Made by a program: the position numbers and the translations under genes. This document shows positions 1 through 13,039 of a DNA stretch of 64,000 nt, in pieces. Positions within the stretch are counted from its first letter, which is position 1; each line of letters starts with the position of its first letter. Source of the stretch: Octopus vulgaris (Eukaryota); NCBI GenBank assembly GCA_951406725.2, contig OX597819.1, positions 43,028,001-43,092,000 of the forward strand, written 5' to 3'. The notes beneath the pieces are model-generated. The model was not told the origin of the DNA, made no database searches, and saw nothing but the letters and a program-made list of their open reading frames with translations.

Positions 1-844
1 AGAATTAACATCCGGTTTCAGAAAATTTTCAACAGGAAAATTATATATATATATATATATATACATACATACACACATATATATATATATAAAAAAAAGT
101 AATAACTCACAAACAACACAAGTTGTGAAGGAGAAACCATATTTTCCCTTCGTACCAGTGTTAAATAGAGAAATCATGAGAAATCATTGTTCTCAACAAG
201 CTTTCCTTCCCCTTTCCAAACTAACTGCAGCAATGATTTCTTTAATTAGCAAGCAAATAATTAATACATTTGTTTTCTCTCTCCCAAAGAGAGGAACAAA
301 AGTCCTTTGAATATTAACAACTCTAGACAAAAGAAAATAATTTTTAAAAACAAATTGGGAAAAAAAGAAAAACAAAAGCAAATATAAAAAAAAAACAAAA
401 ACAATCACCCCTTTCTCCAAAATGAAAATGCTGCTGGGCTACAAAGGAAATCGTACAAGAATCTGTGATTCACTTATTGTAATTAAAGCCAGTTAAATTA
501 TTTTTCTTCATATAACAAACGTTTCAACAGAGAGTTGGTATGGCATGTTTTAGTTAAGAAACACTGTTCTACAAACATAAGGGGCTTGTAATTTATGGGC
601 TGCATCCAAGATCGAAAGTGGATGGGAACACAAGCACTTGCATGTACATACAATTCACACATGCGCACGCTATGGCTGCAACAAATATACGAGTCATATT
701 TAGATGCACATAACCTGCATTGTGTAATAAGAATGTTTCGAAAGAGAAAGATTTTAGTCTGGATAGGTAGCAAGTCTATGGTATGTATTATTCCATGTTC
801 TGAGAGGTGGATGAAATAACAAATGCAGATGTGAGTGGTCTGCT

Positions 845-1100
845 TTCATCATCATCCTCATCATCATTGTTTAATGTCTGTTTTTCATGCTGGCGTGCCT
901 TGGACAGTTTGGCAGGAGCTGGCCAGATTCCAAATAGTCTGTTGTGGCATGCTTTCTACAGCTGGATGCCCTTCCTAAAGCCAACCACTTTACACGGTAC
1001 TGGGTGCTTTTTACATGCCACCAGCATGGGTGCATTCACACAGCACTGGCACGAGTGCATTTTCCGTGGCACTGGCAGCTGTAAAGGACAAGCCTGTATG
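845..1100 (-). mobile_element. SINE/LINE-tail family C copy
   Basis: Shares the recurrent motif catcatcat..tttaatgtc..gctggatgcccttcctaa.gccaaccact with copies at ~4500, ~33765, ~49510, ~58760 and ~59615; (GAT)n tail on the minus strand. Confidence 0.7.
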
Positions 1101-1862
1101 TATGAACGACATGTAGGGATTGAACTCAAAGCCTATGAACTGATTGTTCTATATATGTTGTAAGCCACCTAAATAATTTCATGACACATGTATATGCATC
1201 TGTGTATACATTACTGATGTCAAACGGATGAGAAAGGAGTGCTCAATACATGTTATAGAGGCAGTGCTTTATATTCATTGATGTATGTGATACTCAAGTT
1301 GGGATGTATCTATTGTGTACTGTATATATTTCATGCAATTGTATGTGGAGGATGTTACTGATTTGTCTATGGTCAGTTTGTACATTGGTGGTAGGTGTAT
1401 TAGTTTATTTACATCATTATTTTATTATATATATATATATATATATAAGTTTCCCTCTTGTCTCCAGAAAAGACTGCTTTTCCCTTTATGGCATATTTAT
1501 GCTAAAGAATGGTTGGTTGCTTGGGATCCAAATTCACATCAGTGGCTACTTCTGAATAAGTTCTCTTAGCTAATTTTGACGTTTACACACACACACACAC
1601 ACACACACAATAAACCAAATATGACACCCCGCCCCACTCTCTCTCTCTCTCTCACTGTAGCATTACATCAAAGAGAGTAGATTCATTTCTAATTTCCATT
1701 ACATTATATAGGTTACATAAGTAACTACTGCGGTTGCCTGAAAATGCCTTTAGAACTGCCACTGATGGAAGTCAGATAACTGTTCTGTTCTATGACAAGG
1801 TGTGCAATGACACTTGTATATGCCAAAAATGGAAGCAAACAAAAGATAATTAACTAAAAACC

Positions 1863-1900
<38 letters not shown>

Positions 1901-2238
1901 TAATAATAACAATAATAATAATTATAATTATATAATAATCCAAGAAGGCTTTAAAGACTCTGTATTGGAAACATTGTTATTTGACACAGAGAATAAGCTT
2001 TTGGTAATAAGTGTGAACCGAAAAACTTAATTATTATTAAAGCATAGGTGACAAGATTATTACAAACAGCAGGAAAGCTACACTGAATGTTTTACAATAT
2101 CTGTTTACGACTTGTGAGTGTCATTGAGAATAAGCAATCGACTCCCAAGCAAGCAAGAGAGTAGTGCAATACAGTTTCAACCTCCAGTTATAATGTACTT
2201 TTGAGCGTACAAGTCGAATATTTGAAACAAAAATTTAC

Positions 2239-2645
2239 GAGTGGCTGTGTGGTAAGTAGCTTGCTAACCAACCACATGGTTCCGGGTTCAGTCCCACTGC
2301 GTGGCATCTTGGGCAAGTGTCTTCTGCTATAGCCCCGGGACGACCAATGCCTTGTGAGAGGATTTGGTAGACGGAAATTGAAAGAAGCCTGTCGTATATA
2401 TGTATATATATGTATGTGTGTTTGTTTGTGTGTCTGTGTTTGTCCCCCTAGCATTGCTTGACAACCGATGCTGGTGTGTTTATGTCCCCGTTACTTAGCG
2501 GTTCGGCAAAAGAGACCGATAGAATAAGTACTGGCCTTACAAAAAGAATAAGTCCCGGGGTCGAGTTGCTCAATTAAAGGCGGTGCTCCAGCATGGCCGC
2601 AGTTAAATGACTGAAACAAGTAAAAGAGTAAAAAAGAGTAAAGAG
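2239..2645 (+). mobile_element. tRNA-derived SINE family A, near full length
   Basis: A-box-like TGGCTGTGTGG, B-box-like GGTTCAGTCCC, CORE-like cttgggcaagtg, internal (TA)/(TG) microsatellite and A-rich tail. Nearly identical to 44805-45294. Confidence 0.9.
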
Positions 2646-2859
2646 CTAAGAAAGAAAGAAAAAAATTTGATTTATGCACCACCAAGATGACTTTGGAGGG
2701 CCAAATATTCCATGTGGAGTACAGTAGGGTTCCACTCCTAAACACTGTGGTCATTTTGTCAGGCTAGGAAGAAGAAAAAAGAAGTAAAAAAACAGTATCT
2801 TTACACATAGTTAACCACCATAGCTCTGAGTTCAAATCTGTATTACCAGACATTCAAGG

Positions 2860-2902
<43 letters not shown>

Positions 2903-2907
<5 letters not shown>

Positions 2908-3097
2908 ATCCAAATATGAAAACACAACAAAGCGAGGACGTGGAACAAGTATAGTGTTATTGGACGCTCAGGAAAGGAAGTAAAGAAGGAGGATTTAACG
3001 TTTTGAGCGGAGCTCTTCGTCAGAAACATAGGAAAAGGAAAGATCCAAGGAAGGGAAGACGGAGGGAAAAAAATCGCCAAACGGTACACACGTGGCC
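2903..3097 (-). mobile_element. Penelope-like element 3' terminus abutting (TA)n
   Basis: Pyrimidine-rich ~195-bp segment ending at (TA)n 2863-2902; contains a hammerhead-like motif; related to 21908-22106. Confidence 0.65.
2993..3027 (-). ncRNA. minimal type-I hammerhead ribozyme-like motif (degenerate)
   Basis: Minus strand GTTT-CTGACGA-A-GAGC-TCC-GCTC-AAAAC-GT-T-AAAT: CUGANGA box, 4-bp stem II, palindromic ACGT stem III. GAAA box reads AAAA, consistent with CpG decay. Confidence 0.6.
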
Positions 3098-3432
3098 ATG
3101 TGGTAAGTATCTTGTTTACCATCTCACTGCGTGGCACCTTCAGCTAGTGTCTACTACTATAGCCTCAGGCTGACCAAAGCCCTGAGTGAATTTGGTAGAT
3201 GGAAACTGAAAGAAGCCCATCGTGTGTGCATCTGTCTGTCAGCCCCCTGATCATCGTTTGACAATCGATGGCATATTTACATACCTGTAACTTAGTGGTT
3301 TGGCAAAAGAGACCAATAGAATAAGTACTAGGCTTACAAAGAATAAGCTTCGGGGGTGATTTGTTCAACTAAAGGCAGTGCTCCAGCACGGCGACAGTCA
3401 AATGACTGAAACAAGTAAAAGAATAAAAGAAA
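3098..3432 (+). mobile_element. SINE family A copy
   Basis: Homologous to 2239-2645 with internal deletions. Confidence 0.85.
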
Positions 3433-3466
3433 GAATGTAAAAAAGGGACTGAATAAATAATATAAG

Positions 3467-3870
3467 CACAGGTGTGGCTGTGTGGTAAGAAGTTTGCTTT
3501 CCAATCACATGGTTCCAGGTTCAGTCCTACTGCATGGTACCTTGATCAAGTGTCTTCTAATATAAACTCTTGGGCTGACCAAAGCCTTGTGGGTGGATTT
3601 GGTAGATGGAAACTGAAAGAATCCCATTGGACACGCGTGCGCATGTCTTTCTGTCTTTATTTGTCTCCCACCACCACTTGAGAACAAGTGTTGGTGTGTT
3701 TATGTCCCTGTAAACTTAGAGGTTTGGCAAAAGTGGCTGATTGCATAAGTACCAGATTTAAAAAAAAAAAAAAAAGAGACTTCTTTTAAATAAGTACAGG
3801 AAGCTGATTTATTTAACATTAAGGCAGTGCCCCAGTAGGGTCGCAGTATTATTGACTGAAACAAGCGAAA
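3467..3870 (+). mobile_element. SINE family A copy (diverged)
   Basis: gtggctgtgtggtaagaag head through gactgaaacaag tail. Confidence 0.85.
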
Positions 3871-4499
3871 TATGAAAGAGATTATAAAACTGACTTAAAA
3901 CAACGATACTAAGCTCTGCCACTTCACAAAGAGAAACCTCTGTGCCCCAAGAAATAAATCTTCCATTCAAATGACCAATCACATCAACTGAGTGCATCTA
4001 GCAAGGAGAATCTAGAATAGCTATTTACCAAAGAAAAGAGAGAGAGAGACTGCTTCTCACTGCCTTCATCACCACAAATGACTTGAAACTGCAGTCAATT
4101 ATCTCACACATGCTACCATGTCTTGTCCATTTTAAGACACTTTACTATCACAGCAGGAGAGATAAATAGACTGTAGGGCATTTTGACCAATCAGTTAGTT
4201 GTACAGCTAATAAGCTCTATCTACCAAATGGTTGTAAACAATATAAATAAGATAAATAAACAGGCAAACGTGGATGAAGTGAAGAAGATATTATTTACAT
4301 CGCAGCAGTAAAATATATTTTAGACATTTTACTTATTAAATCAGTAGCATAATTTGAGAGAGAGGGGTGGGGTGGGGGGAGACCGAACAAAAAAATGGGT
4401 GAAAAATGCACAAGAACTTTGAAAGACTTGTAGTCTTTTACTTAAAGTAATGATAAAACAAGTGTTGCATTTCTTTTAGATGATGATATTAAATCTTTT

Positions 4500-4800
4500 T
4501 ATCATCATCATCATCACCACTTAAAGTCCATTTTCTATGCCAGCATGGGTTAGATGGTTTGACAGGAGCTGACAAGGCCAGACGCTGCACCAGGTTCTAA
4601 AGTCTGTTTTGGCTTGCTTTCTATAGCTGGATACCCTTCCTAATGCCCACCACTTTACAGAGTGCACTGGGTACTGTTTTATGTGGCACCATCACCAGTG
4701 CTTCGTATTTGCTATCATCATCAGTGTTTTTTATGAGGCACTTTGGACTTAGGATACCAATTTTGTTGTGGTGGATGGGTCTTCTTGAGTACAGCTATGT
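4500..4800 (-). mobile_element. family C copy
   Basis: catcatcat..ctggatacccttcctaatgcc motif, with short internal gtggcaccatcacc-like repeats. Confidence 0.7.
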
Positions 4801-5179
4801 ACCATGTATATAAATTTTTTGAATTTATATTTTAACCAGTTTCATGCATTCTGGACATCAAAGGAAAATGAGATTGTAAGTACAGTAGTGGAAATATATA
4901 GAGCAACACACACACCCTTCCCTGCAATTCTTTTCTTTCAAGACTTAAAAGCCATACATACACAGACATTAGAAGTGTGATAAAACAACCTAGTTATACG
5001 GAAAGGGTAAGATCCTGAATATCTGGTTTTGTTGAACAGGCATACACATGCACATACATACATACAACACACGAGGACATACAGATACACACACAAACCT
5101 ACAGTTGATTAATAGCTCTAAAGGAATTGGAAAATAAAACTAACTTAGATTACATTAAGGGGGGGAAAAAAAAAGCATT

Positions 5180-5577
5180 GTACTTATTTTATTGAGCCCA
5201 AAAGGATGAAAGGTAAAGTCAACCTCTGTGGCATTTGAACTCAGAATGTCAGGGACTGGAATAAACGCTGGGAGCATTTTGTCCAGTGTGCTAATGATTC
5301 TTGCCAGCTCATTGCCTTAGTAATGGCAACAACAACAACAACAACAACAATTTTTTCTACTATAGGCACAAGGCCTAAAATTTTAAGGGATGGAGAAATT
5401 AATTACTTTAATTACATTGACTCCTATGCTCCACAGGTACTTCTTTTATTGACCCTCAAAAAGGATAAACAGCAAAGTTGACCTTGGTGGTATTTGAACT
5501 CAAAACATAATCAGAAGAAATGCCACCAAGCATTTCATCCAGCGTGGCAACAATTCTGCCAGCTTGCCACCTTAATA

Positions 5578-5608
<31 letters not shown>

Positions 5609-5615
5609 TAATAAT
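5180..5615 (-). mobile_element. SINE family B, two tandem copies
   Basis: Minus-strand head aagg(t/c)gg..agctggcagaat (A-box-like), gagttcaaat (B-box-like), central gttgactttgcctttcatcc motif; (ATT)n/(GTT)n spacers. Confidence 0.8.
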
Positions 5616-6688
5616 ACGTGATGATGATGATGACGCACAATCAATGAGAAAAAACTTGAAGAACTAGAGCTTTGAGATTCAAAATAAGAAATCTGCACAA
5701 GTACTCATGGTTATTTCTATCAGATAAATTGAATAAACCATAGTGAGAGGAAAGAACACACAGGATTGAAATTATGCCATGTTTACCATGGCACAAACCC
5801 AAAGTAAGTATTTTATGTATGTACATGTGTGTGTGTGTGTGCAGACAGTGAGAGAGAGAGAGAGAGAGAGAATAATTAAAATCCTGCTGAAATTCTATAA
5901 TTTTCTTCAACAGTGCAATGTTGAAATCGCTACAAGGATTTAATCATTAATACAAACAAATCTGAATACTAAAAATTTTAAACTGTTTGTAGAATAAAAC
6001 AAACCTTTTTAAAATCGTACTCGATATATTAGAAAACATACTAAAAATGTTCTGCATGGTTAGAAGCAACGTACATGCAATGAAAAATGGTAAAGATTTC
6101 AAACTGATAGCATAATTGCATTGTTCTTGGCCTCCTTAGAGCAGGAAGATAAATAAACGGTGGTTGAAGAAGAGATTGCATTAGAAGATACGAAGAAAAA
6201 TAAAAAGAGTAAAGAATAAAAAGAAACAAATCTTAAACAAATTAGCATAATAGATAAGCCATTAATTAGTAACAATTAAAAAAATTACAGAAAGAACTCA
6301 CAGTGATGGAGAAAATTAATGAAAAAACAAACTAGTCTGATACTGTTCATTCAATCTACTTCCATAATCTATTTAACAGAATTTAATTTGCAATTTATCT
6401 GTAAAAAGAACAAGCTGAGTTACTTGCCCTTTGAAAAAAGAAAACAATTTGTGTAGATTTACGTAGGGTGGCAGTATATAATCTGCTTAGTAGTAAGGGT
6501 ACTGTACATATTTTATTTACAAGTGACTACTGAGGGAGATTAATTGAATAAAAGCATGTTTGATTCACACAATATCTGACAAGAAAACTCTATTATATTC
6601 AGTGGATATAAAATAATGATGTATCATATATCATGCCTTCGCAATTTTTTTTTTTTTTGCTTTCCCTTCTTTTCTTCTCCCACTGCAA

Positions 6689-6692
<4 letters not shown>

Positions 6693-6747
<55 letters not shown>
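6693..6747. repeat. (GA)n microsatellite
   Basis: Directly visible. Confidence 0.95.
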
Positions 6748-6748
<1 letters not shown>

Positions 6749-7074
6749 AATGTAAAAACTAACCGAATTGTGATTACTGGAAAAGGTCATTTTGCTCACC
6801 AGGGACTGCAGTGGCCAAACCCAGAGCGATCCAGACAGTGTTATTATATAAAGCAAATAACAAAGGGTTGTATGACTAAAATATTGCTCGTTACTGATTG
6901 ACCACATATCATCTGTCATTAGTGTATTTGTATTACATCTAACAAGTTCCTGAGTTGCTCTTATTTGGCAAGTAATTATTTCATCTAGGATTGTTAGAAT
7001 GAAACAATTGCATCATGGTTAGTCAAAGAATCCATTAAAAGCACGGCACACATACACACCATCCGTTACAGAAT

Positions 7075-7285
7075 GTTTCAAATTTTGGCACAAGGCCAAA
7101 TGGGGCAGGAGGAGGAGTCGATTACATTGATCCCTATACTCAACCGGTACTTTATTTTTATCAACCCCAATAGGATGAAAGACAAAGTTGACTTCGGCAG
7201 TATTTGAACTCAGAATGAAAACAGCCAGAAGAAATACTGATAAACATTTTGTACAATGTGCTTACAATTCTACCAATTTGCTGTC

Positions 7286-7317
<32 letters not shown>

Positions 7318-7795
7318 CCTGTGTACTATAAGCACATGGCCTGAATTTTTGGTGGAGGGGGCTAGTCGACTCCAGTGTGTAGCTGGTACCGACTTCATTG
7401 ACCCTGAAAGGATGAAAGGTGAAGTTGACCCCAGCAGAATTTGAACTCAGAATGTAAAGATGGAGGAAATGCCTCTAAGCATTTTGCCCAGCATGGTAAC
7501 AATTCCGCCAGCTCACTGCCTTAATAACAACAACAACAACAACAACAGGCAGTACCTCCACCCCCTTCCCTGTAGACACAATATCTTCAATCAACAACAT
7601 CCTGATATTGGATACTGTGCGACATCTTAAATGGTGGTCATAATCCTTTCTACTATAGGCACAATGCCTGCAATTTTCGGGGTAGGGGGATAGTTAATTA
7701 CATCGACCTCAGTACTCAACTGGTACTTATTTTATTGAAAGGATGAAAGGCAAAGACAACCTCGGCAGTATTTGAACTCAGAACATAAAACCAGA
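7075..7795 (-). mobile_element. SINE family B, three copies
   Basis: Three repeats of ggcacaa/ggcc...ggatgaaagg(c/t)aaag...tttgaactcagaa; the first two are separated by (AAT)n. Confidence 0.8.
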
Positions 7796-8734
7796 AGTGA
7801 TGGTTGTTATAATGCCAGTGATATACAGAAGTTATATGCAACATGGAAGACATTGTCATCATCATCATCATCCTCATAATCAATTTTGAAATGATGTGGT
7901 GGGTTTGGGAGGGGGATGGCAGAAAGGAGAGGGGGAAAAAAAGAGAGCGAACACAGGCACACACAAACTTACACCTGGACGGACGGACGGACACATGCCT
8001 AAAATTTTTTTTTGTTGTTGTTCTTGAATGAATAAGGAATTATCCAAACTCTGAATGGATCAAAAAACCTAACATAGTCACTCTTCTATACTGAAATATC
8101 ATACGGCTAAATGAATGAAGAATTAGATACTGAGTGAGGCCAATCTTTTGAGATGGATATTAAACTGCTAGAATTTCAGAGAAGCCTATTTTCATCTTCT
8201 AATATATTTTCTTCTTTCTCGTGTTTTGCTATTTTCTGTAGAAGATTTGTGAATGAGTAAGTAAAGTGACCTACTTTATATGAAGATATTGTTATATTTA
8301 TTACTTTCCTCATTGCCCATAAAATATTCATAATTTTACAGTAGCATCTCTATTAATAGGTTCTACATCTCACAGATGCAAAACTGCAAATAGTCTAAGT
8401 ACGCCAATAAAGTAAAATTTAGAGCTGAATGCTTTTTGTGTTCTAAATTAACAATAAGCAAATGCACTTTGTCGTTTGTCCAGTTCTTGCCAATATTTCA
8501 CTGATAAAGCAAATATTTTCAAATATTTAAATGTTTTATAGTTTCGGCAACCGTTTATTAACCCCTTAAGCATGGGCCATACATATATACTACATGTTCT
8601 TAAGTGATTGGAAAGATACTGCTCTTATTTATTATGTACATTTACAAGAAACAATTAAATTACTACTTGAAATACTGGCCATCTTTAACAGAAATGATTT
8701 TATACAATACTATACATGTCCCTTTGAGATGATC

Positions 8735-8749
8735 ACATACATACATATT

Positions 8750-8789
<40 letters not shown>

Positions 8790-8792
8790 CAC

Positions 8793-8861
<69 letters not shown>

Positions 8862-8960
8862 TATACACACACACATACATATATACACATATACATACAT
8901 ATATATATATACATACATACGTATATATACACACATATATATATACACACACATACACAC
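8735..8960. repeat. compound (TA)/(CA) microsatellite
   Basis: Directly visible; explains the YIYI/HTHT ORFs. Confidence 0.95.
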
Positions 8961-10376
8961 GTGTGTATGCATGCATGAAGTGGCTATTCGTAAGAGTTAA
9001 AAAGCTGAATACCAATGCTTCTAAGTACGCATTCTGAATCTTTTGATCACATGGATATTTTAATGAAATATTACCCAAAGGTATCAGCTATTAATCTTGT
9101 TTAAAGTAGTCTTACAAAGAGTACAAAATTACCACAGTAATGTACTGTTGATAACTATAGCATATATTTAAAATATTGGTAGAAGATTGAATGCACTAGA
9201 TGACACAACAGAGTTTCTTCCTTCATGTTGGATGTTTGAGATGAGAAAAATTTTTATTTTGGAACAGTTATCATATTCTAGATAACAGTTAAGTCAGTGC
9301 GAGAGTTATAATTAGTTTTACACGACACAGAGTAACTAATACTTCTGCCAGTATTTTAAAAGTTTAAATCATATCACCAACACCTATAACATATACACCC
9401 CCAGACAAGACGTGTTTACTTTTGTAAACAGCACTGGAACCATAATTGCAATTCCACCTTATAATGTAATGGCAGAGAACAGAGCTGTAAAAATAATAAA
9501 GCGAGGATTAGTCAAAAATTACACACACACACTCTCGTTTCGGTGATTTATTATAACAAAAGCAAGGTTTGAACAACTGCATCATTTTTTTGACATACCC
9601 CTCTTTTGGAACATTGAAGGATAAACCTTGGTTAAGTAACCACAAGAGTACCACTTTTCTTTTTAACATGTAAGCGCTGCTGAAGGCAATGTGGCCAAAC
9701 TAAAGAAAGTTTTGGTGAATGTGCAGATAATTTTTGACTTCCCTCTTGTCGTTGGAACAAATCCAAATTTGTAACCTTGACTGAATCCTACCTACACAGA
9801 GAAATGTATGCAAGAGTGGGGTAGAGAGTATCTGATGTGATAATTGCAACATAATAGCAAATGAGTGATTTATTGTTGTAGGACAAGAAACGGTGATAAC
9901 ATCTCCAAGAAGATTTGGTTTCTTTTTTTTTCTTTCTTTTTTTTTTTTCTACAGACAAGAGTATTACCTACTTGACATTTCATACATCAAGGTTAGATAA
10001 TTTTGAGACAACAATTAATTCTGAAATAACTATAACTATAATTGCCTTCATTTAGAAATATTGGCACAGTTCAGTAGATAAAGTATTACATCAAAAGTAA
10101 AAAGACATTCAGTGTTAGTTAATGACTAAAAGACAGTATTTCTCTACATGAGTCTTATTATCTGAAGTGAAGTGCAGCAACCTATTAGAAACTCAATGAC
10201 AAAGCTGAGAAAATGGCAAACCTTCATTATTAGCTTTCATTTGATGGGGGTGGAGAGAGAAAAAAAAGCTTAAAATGGTTTCCCCATACCTTCAGCCATA
10301 TTTTTTATAAAATGTCTTGAAAGTAGCATATAATATCAGATCTTCAGTTTGGCAAATACAACAACAAAAACATTCT

Positions 10377-11046
10377 AGCCCTTTTGATACCAACCCACCC
10401 AAAACCATTCCTGGTGCTATGATACAAATTTACTGTTTTAACCCTTTAGCACTCAGATTATTTTGTGAAAAATAATCCTTGTTTACTCACATTGTTTTGA
10501 ATAAATCATGCATTATCTTGTAACTTTGAGATTTTGATGGTGTGATTCTTTATTTTTAGAAGGATATTGTAGGGTAGGTGTAAGAGACTAGATCTGGCCA
10601 GTTTAAACATAAAACGGGTAGGATATTTGGGCCTGATATGGCCAGTTTGAATAAACAAAATTAAAACCATTCATCAAAGTTTCATGTTAATTTATGTTCC
10701 AAACATCAGTTTAACTTTTTAGCCTTTAAGCCAGCCAAATCCAGCCAAAATATTTTATCTGTTTTACATTCAAAGAGGCCAGATGTGGTTTCTCACACTT
10801 ACCCTACAATATCATTCTAAAAAAAATGAATAATTGACTCATCAAAATTTCACAGCTACAAGATGATGCAAAATTAGTTCAAAACAACGTGAATAAATAA
10901 GCATTACATTTGAAACAGTAATCTGAATGCTAAAGGGTTGTCCAAACACCAGCTTAATAATGTCAAAACGGTTTTACTAAATTCTTTGATATTTTCAAAA
11001 ACAAAAGCAGTGAATTTCGAAAGAAATATGGTGATGAAACAGTTAC
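10377..11046 (+). mobile_element. piggyBac-like MITE family E with two nested family D MITEs
   Basis: Start cccttttgatacc matches the copy at 36070. Nested D copies at ~10442-10650 (+, after TTAA) and ~10711-10938 (-, ending atgctaaagggtt). Confidence 0.65.
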
Positions 11047-11756
11047 GGTTATTTCCCCAGCCAAAGTGGAGGCTAGCATTGTGGGCCTCATAACTGAATA
11101 CCCTTCCACTCAACAACTCTTCTTTCTAGTCACCTATTATAACACATAAGAATGCAGTGCCCCTACGATTCAAAAGTTGTTGCTGGCATCCTTTTTGTCT
11201 CAGGAGAGAATGGAGTTGCTCATAAAATAATCTAATCGGCTTTTACATTTCATGTCCTAATACATCTCCTGCTGTGACAGTGTAGTCCTATCCTGGACAA
11301 ACACTCCCTCTGGCAGGTGTTGCAAATGTCGGGAAGACTTTGCCTGGCTGGTTGTAATGTCATAGTTTCTTGTTGATGTATTTTCTTGTCTTTCCATTTC
11401 TCCTCTCTCCCTTGGATTCCTTCACCAGTAAATGGAGATGGTACCTACTTTATTAATGTACCTTGTAGAGTGCTTATATAGCATCCTTTTTTTCATAACT
11501 GAGTTTCTTTAGCTCGTAGTTAAATATGTTTTGTATCAAAATGTATTTTACTACTACAACTACTACTTTTGAAATCTGCTAATAGAAAAGTTGAGCTTGT
11601 TTACTTAATGTGTGTGTGTGTGTGAGAGATACTTTTGTTAAAAATCAAGATATCATAATATATTTAAGTGATGCAGTTTATTTAAGGAATTTATTTAAGA
11701 AATTGCTTTGCTTGAATAGTTGTTTTCTTGCAAAAACCAGAATTCTTCTAACTTAC

Positions 11757-11762
11757 CAAACA
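11757..11762 (-). CDS. candidate 6-nt microexon (TGTTTG)
   Basis: Minus strand gaTGCaatttctattag|TGTTTG|gtaagt: perfect donor and an upstream TGC. Signal-only evidence. Confidence 0.25.
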
Positions 11763-13027
11763 CTAATAGAAATTGCATCTTAATATGTAGTCACTTTTTA
11801 AAAAGGCAAAAAAAAACAAAAAAAACATTTAAAAAAGCAACCAGTTTATTATTGCTTTTAAAGAATGCAAACAGGAAAGAATACACAATAAATTTTATTG
11901 AAATATATAGTAAAACGTACATGGTTTACAAAAATCTTCAAAATATGGTGAAGATATATTTAAGGAGAAATGAGAAAGGGGGAAAAGAAAAATTTTTCAA
12001 GTAAACCCGAAAGAAGGAAAACTATCACTGATGGATTGCTATATTCTGTAGAAAGGTTAGAAGAAAAAAGGAAAGGTATTGAATGTGATAAAAGAATTAT
12101 TATTAAAATGTAGTAGATAAATTTATCCAGTTCTTGTTGACACATTATTTTGCAGACCAGAATCAATTAATTTTCTAATACAATAATAATAAATAAAAAA
12201 AGAAACACTTCCACAATAACACTATCAAAAGTCCATAATAATTTTGTCAAATTAAGATATTCCATTGGCTTTGTTAGGATGTGAATTTAACAAACGGTGT
12301 TTTGGTTTTGTTTTTGTTTTTTCCTTTAATGCGTGAGTGCAAATGTGTATGAATACCTGTGTGTGTGTGTGTGTATACGCGTACACAATCACATGTTATA
12401 CTCTCTTTTAAATTTGACAAATAAAGGATTTCTATTGGCTATGCAGAAAAAAAAAAAAATAATATACAAAACAAAATGAAAGAACAAAAAATATGATCAT
12501 GTGATTTACATAATGTAATATTTCAAAAATGGTAAAATTTGAATTTTTTCCAAGTAAAAAGACCAAAAAAAAAGAAGACAAAACACCAAAACAAAACAAA
12601 TAAATTTAACAAAAACAAAAACAAAAAAAAATCATCTCTATTCCGCAGGGTGTTTTTCTTTCCTTTTCCTTTTGTGCATTCTTTGATTATTTTCTTTTCA
12701 AGAATACAAAATGAGTATTCTAAAAGAACAAATTTATTGAAGTATGAATCACATGGTGAAATGAAAACAAACTGTGAAGAAAGCAAGCAAAGGCACGGCG
12801 ACGAAAAGAAAGACAATTAGAAGCAAGCTGAAGGAATGTTGATGATGAGGATGGTGATGTTGGTGATCGTCATCATCATCAGCAGCAGCAGCATCAACAA
12901 TAATGATGGTGATGATACAGGTATTTTATTAATCGGAGGAGATTGAAAATGCTTGTCTTCGAATAGCACTTTTCTTATATCACTCTGCAATGTTAGCCAC
13001 AAGACATACCTGTAGTTACCTACTCAC

Positions 13028-13039
13028 TATTCAGACTTT
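13028..13039 (-). CDS. candidate 12-nt microexon (AAAGTCTGAATA)
   Basis: Minus strand gctaat...gaattgttttgTGCttcag|AAAGTCTGAATA|gtgagt: branch-like CTAAT, TGC motif, consensus donor. Confidence 0.35.

Noticed and set aside
409-438. Possible 30-nt minus-strand exon (QQHFHFGER)
   Set aside because: Acceptor reasonable but donor gtgatt weak; not enough support to list.
1210-1262. CTGATG / CGGATGA..AATAC hammerhead-like words
   Set aside because: No convincing stems or GAAA box.
2188-2754. Recurring ORFs (MLGGQTQTH.., GTEPGTMW..), also at 44.8-45.3 kb
   Set aside because: Antisense translations of SINE family A.
8594-9078. ORFs of 79-147 aa rich in YI/HT/CV
   Set aside because: Translations of dinucleotide microsatellites.
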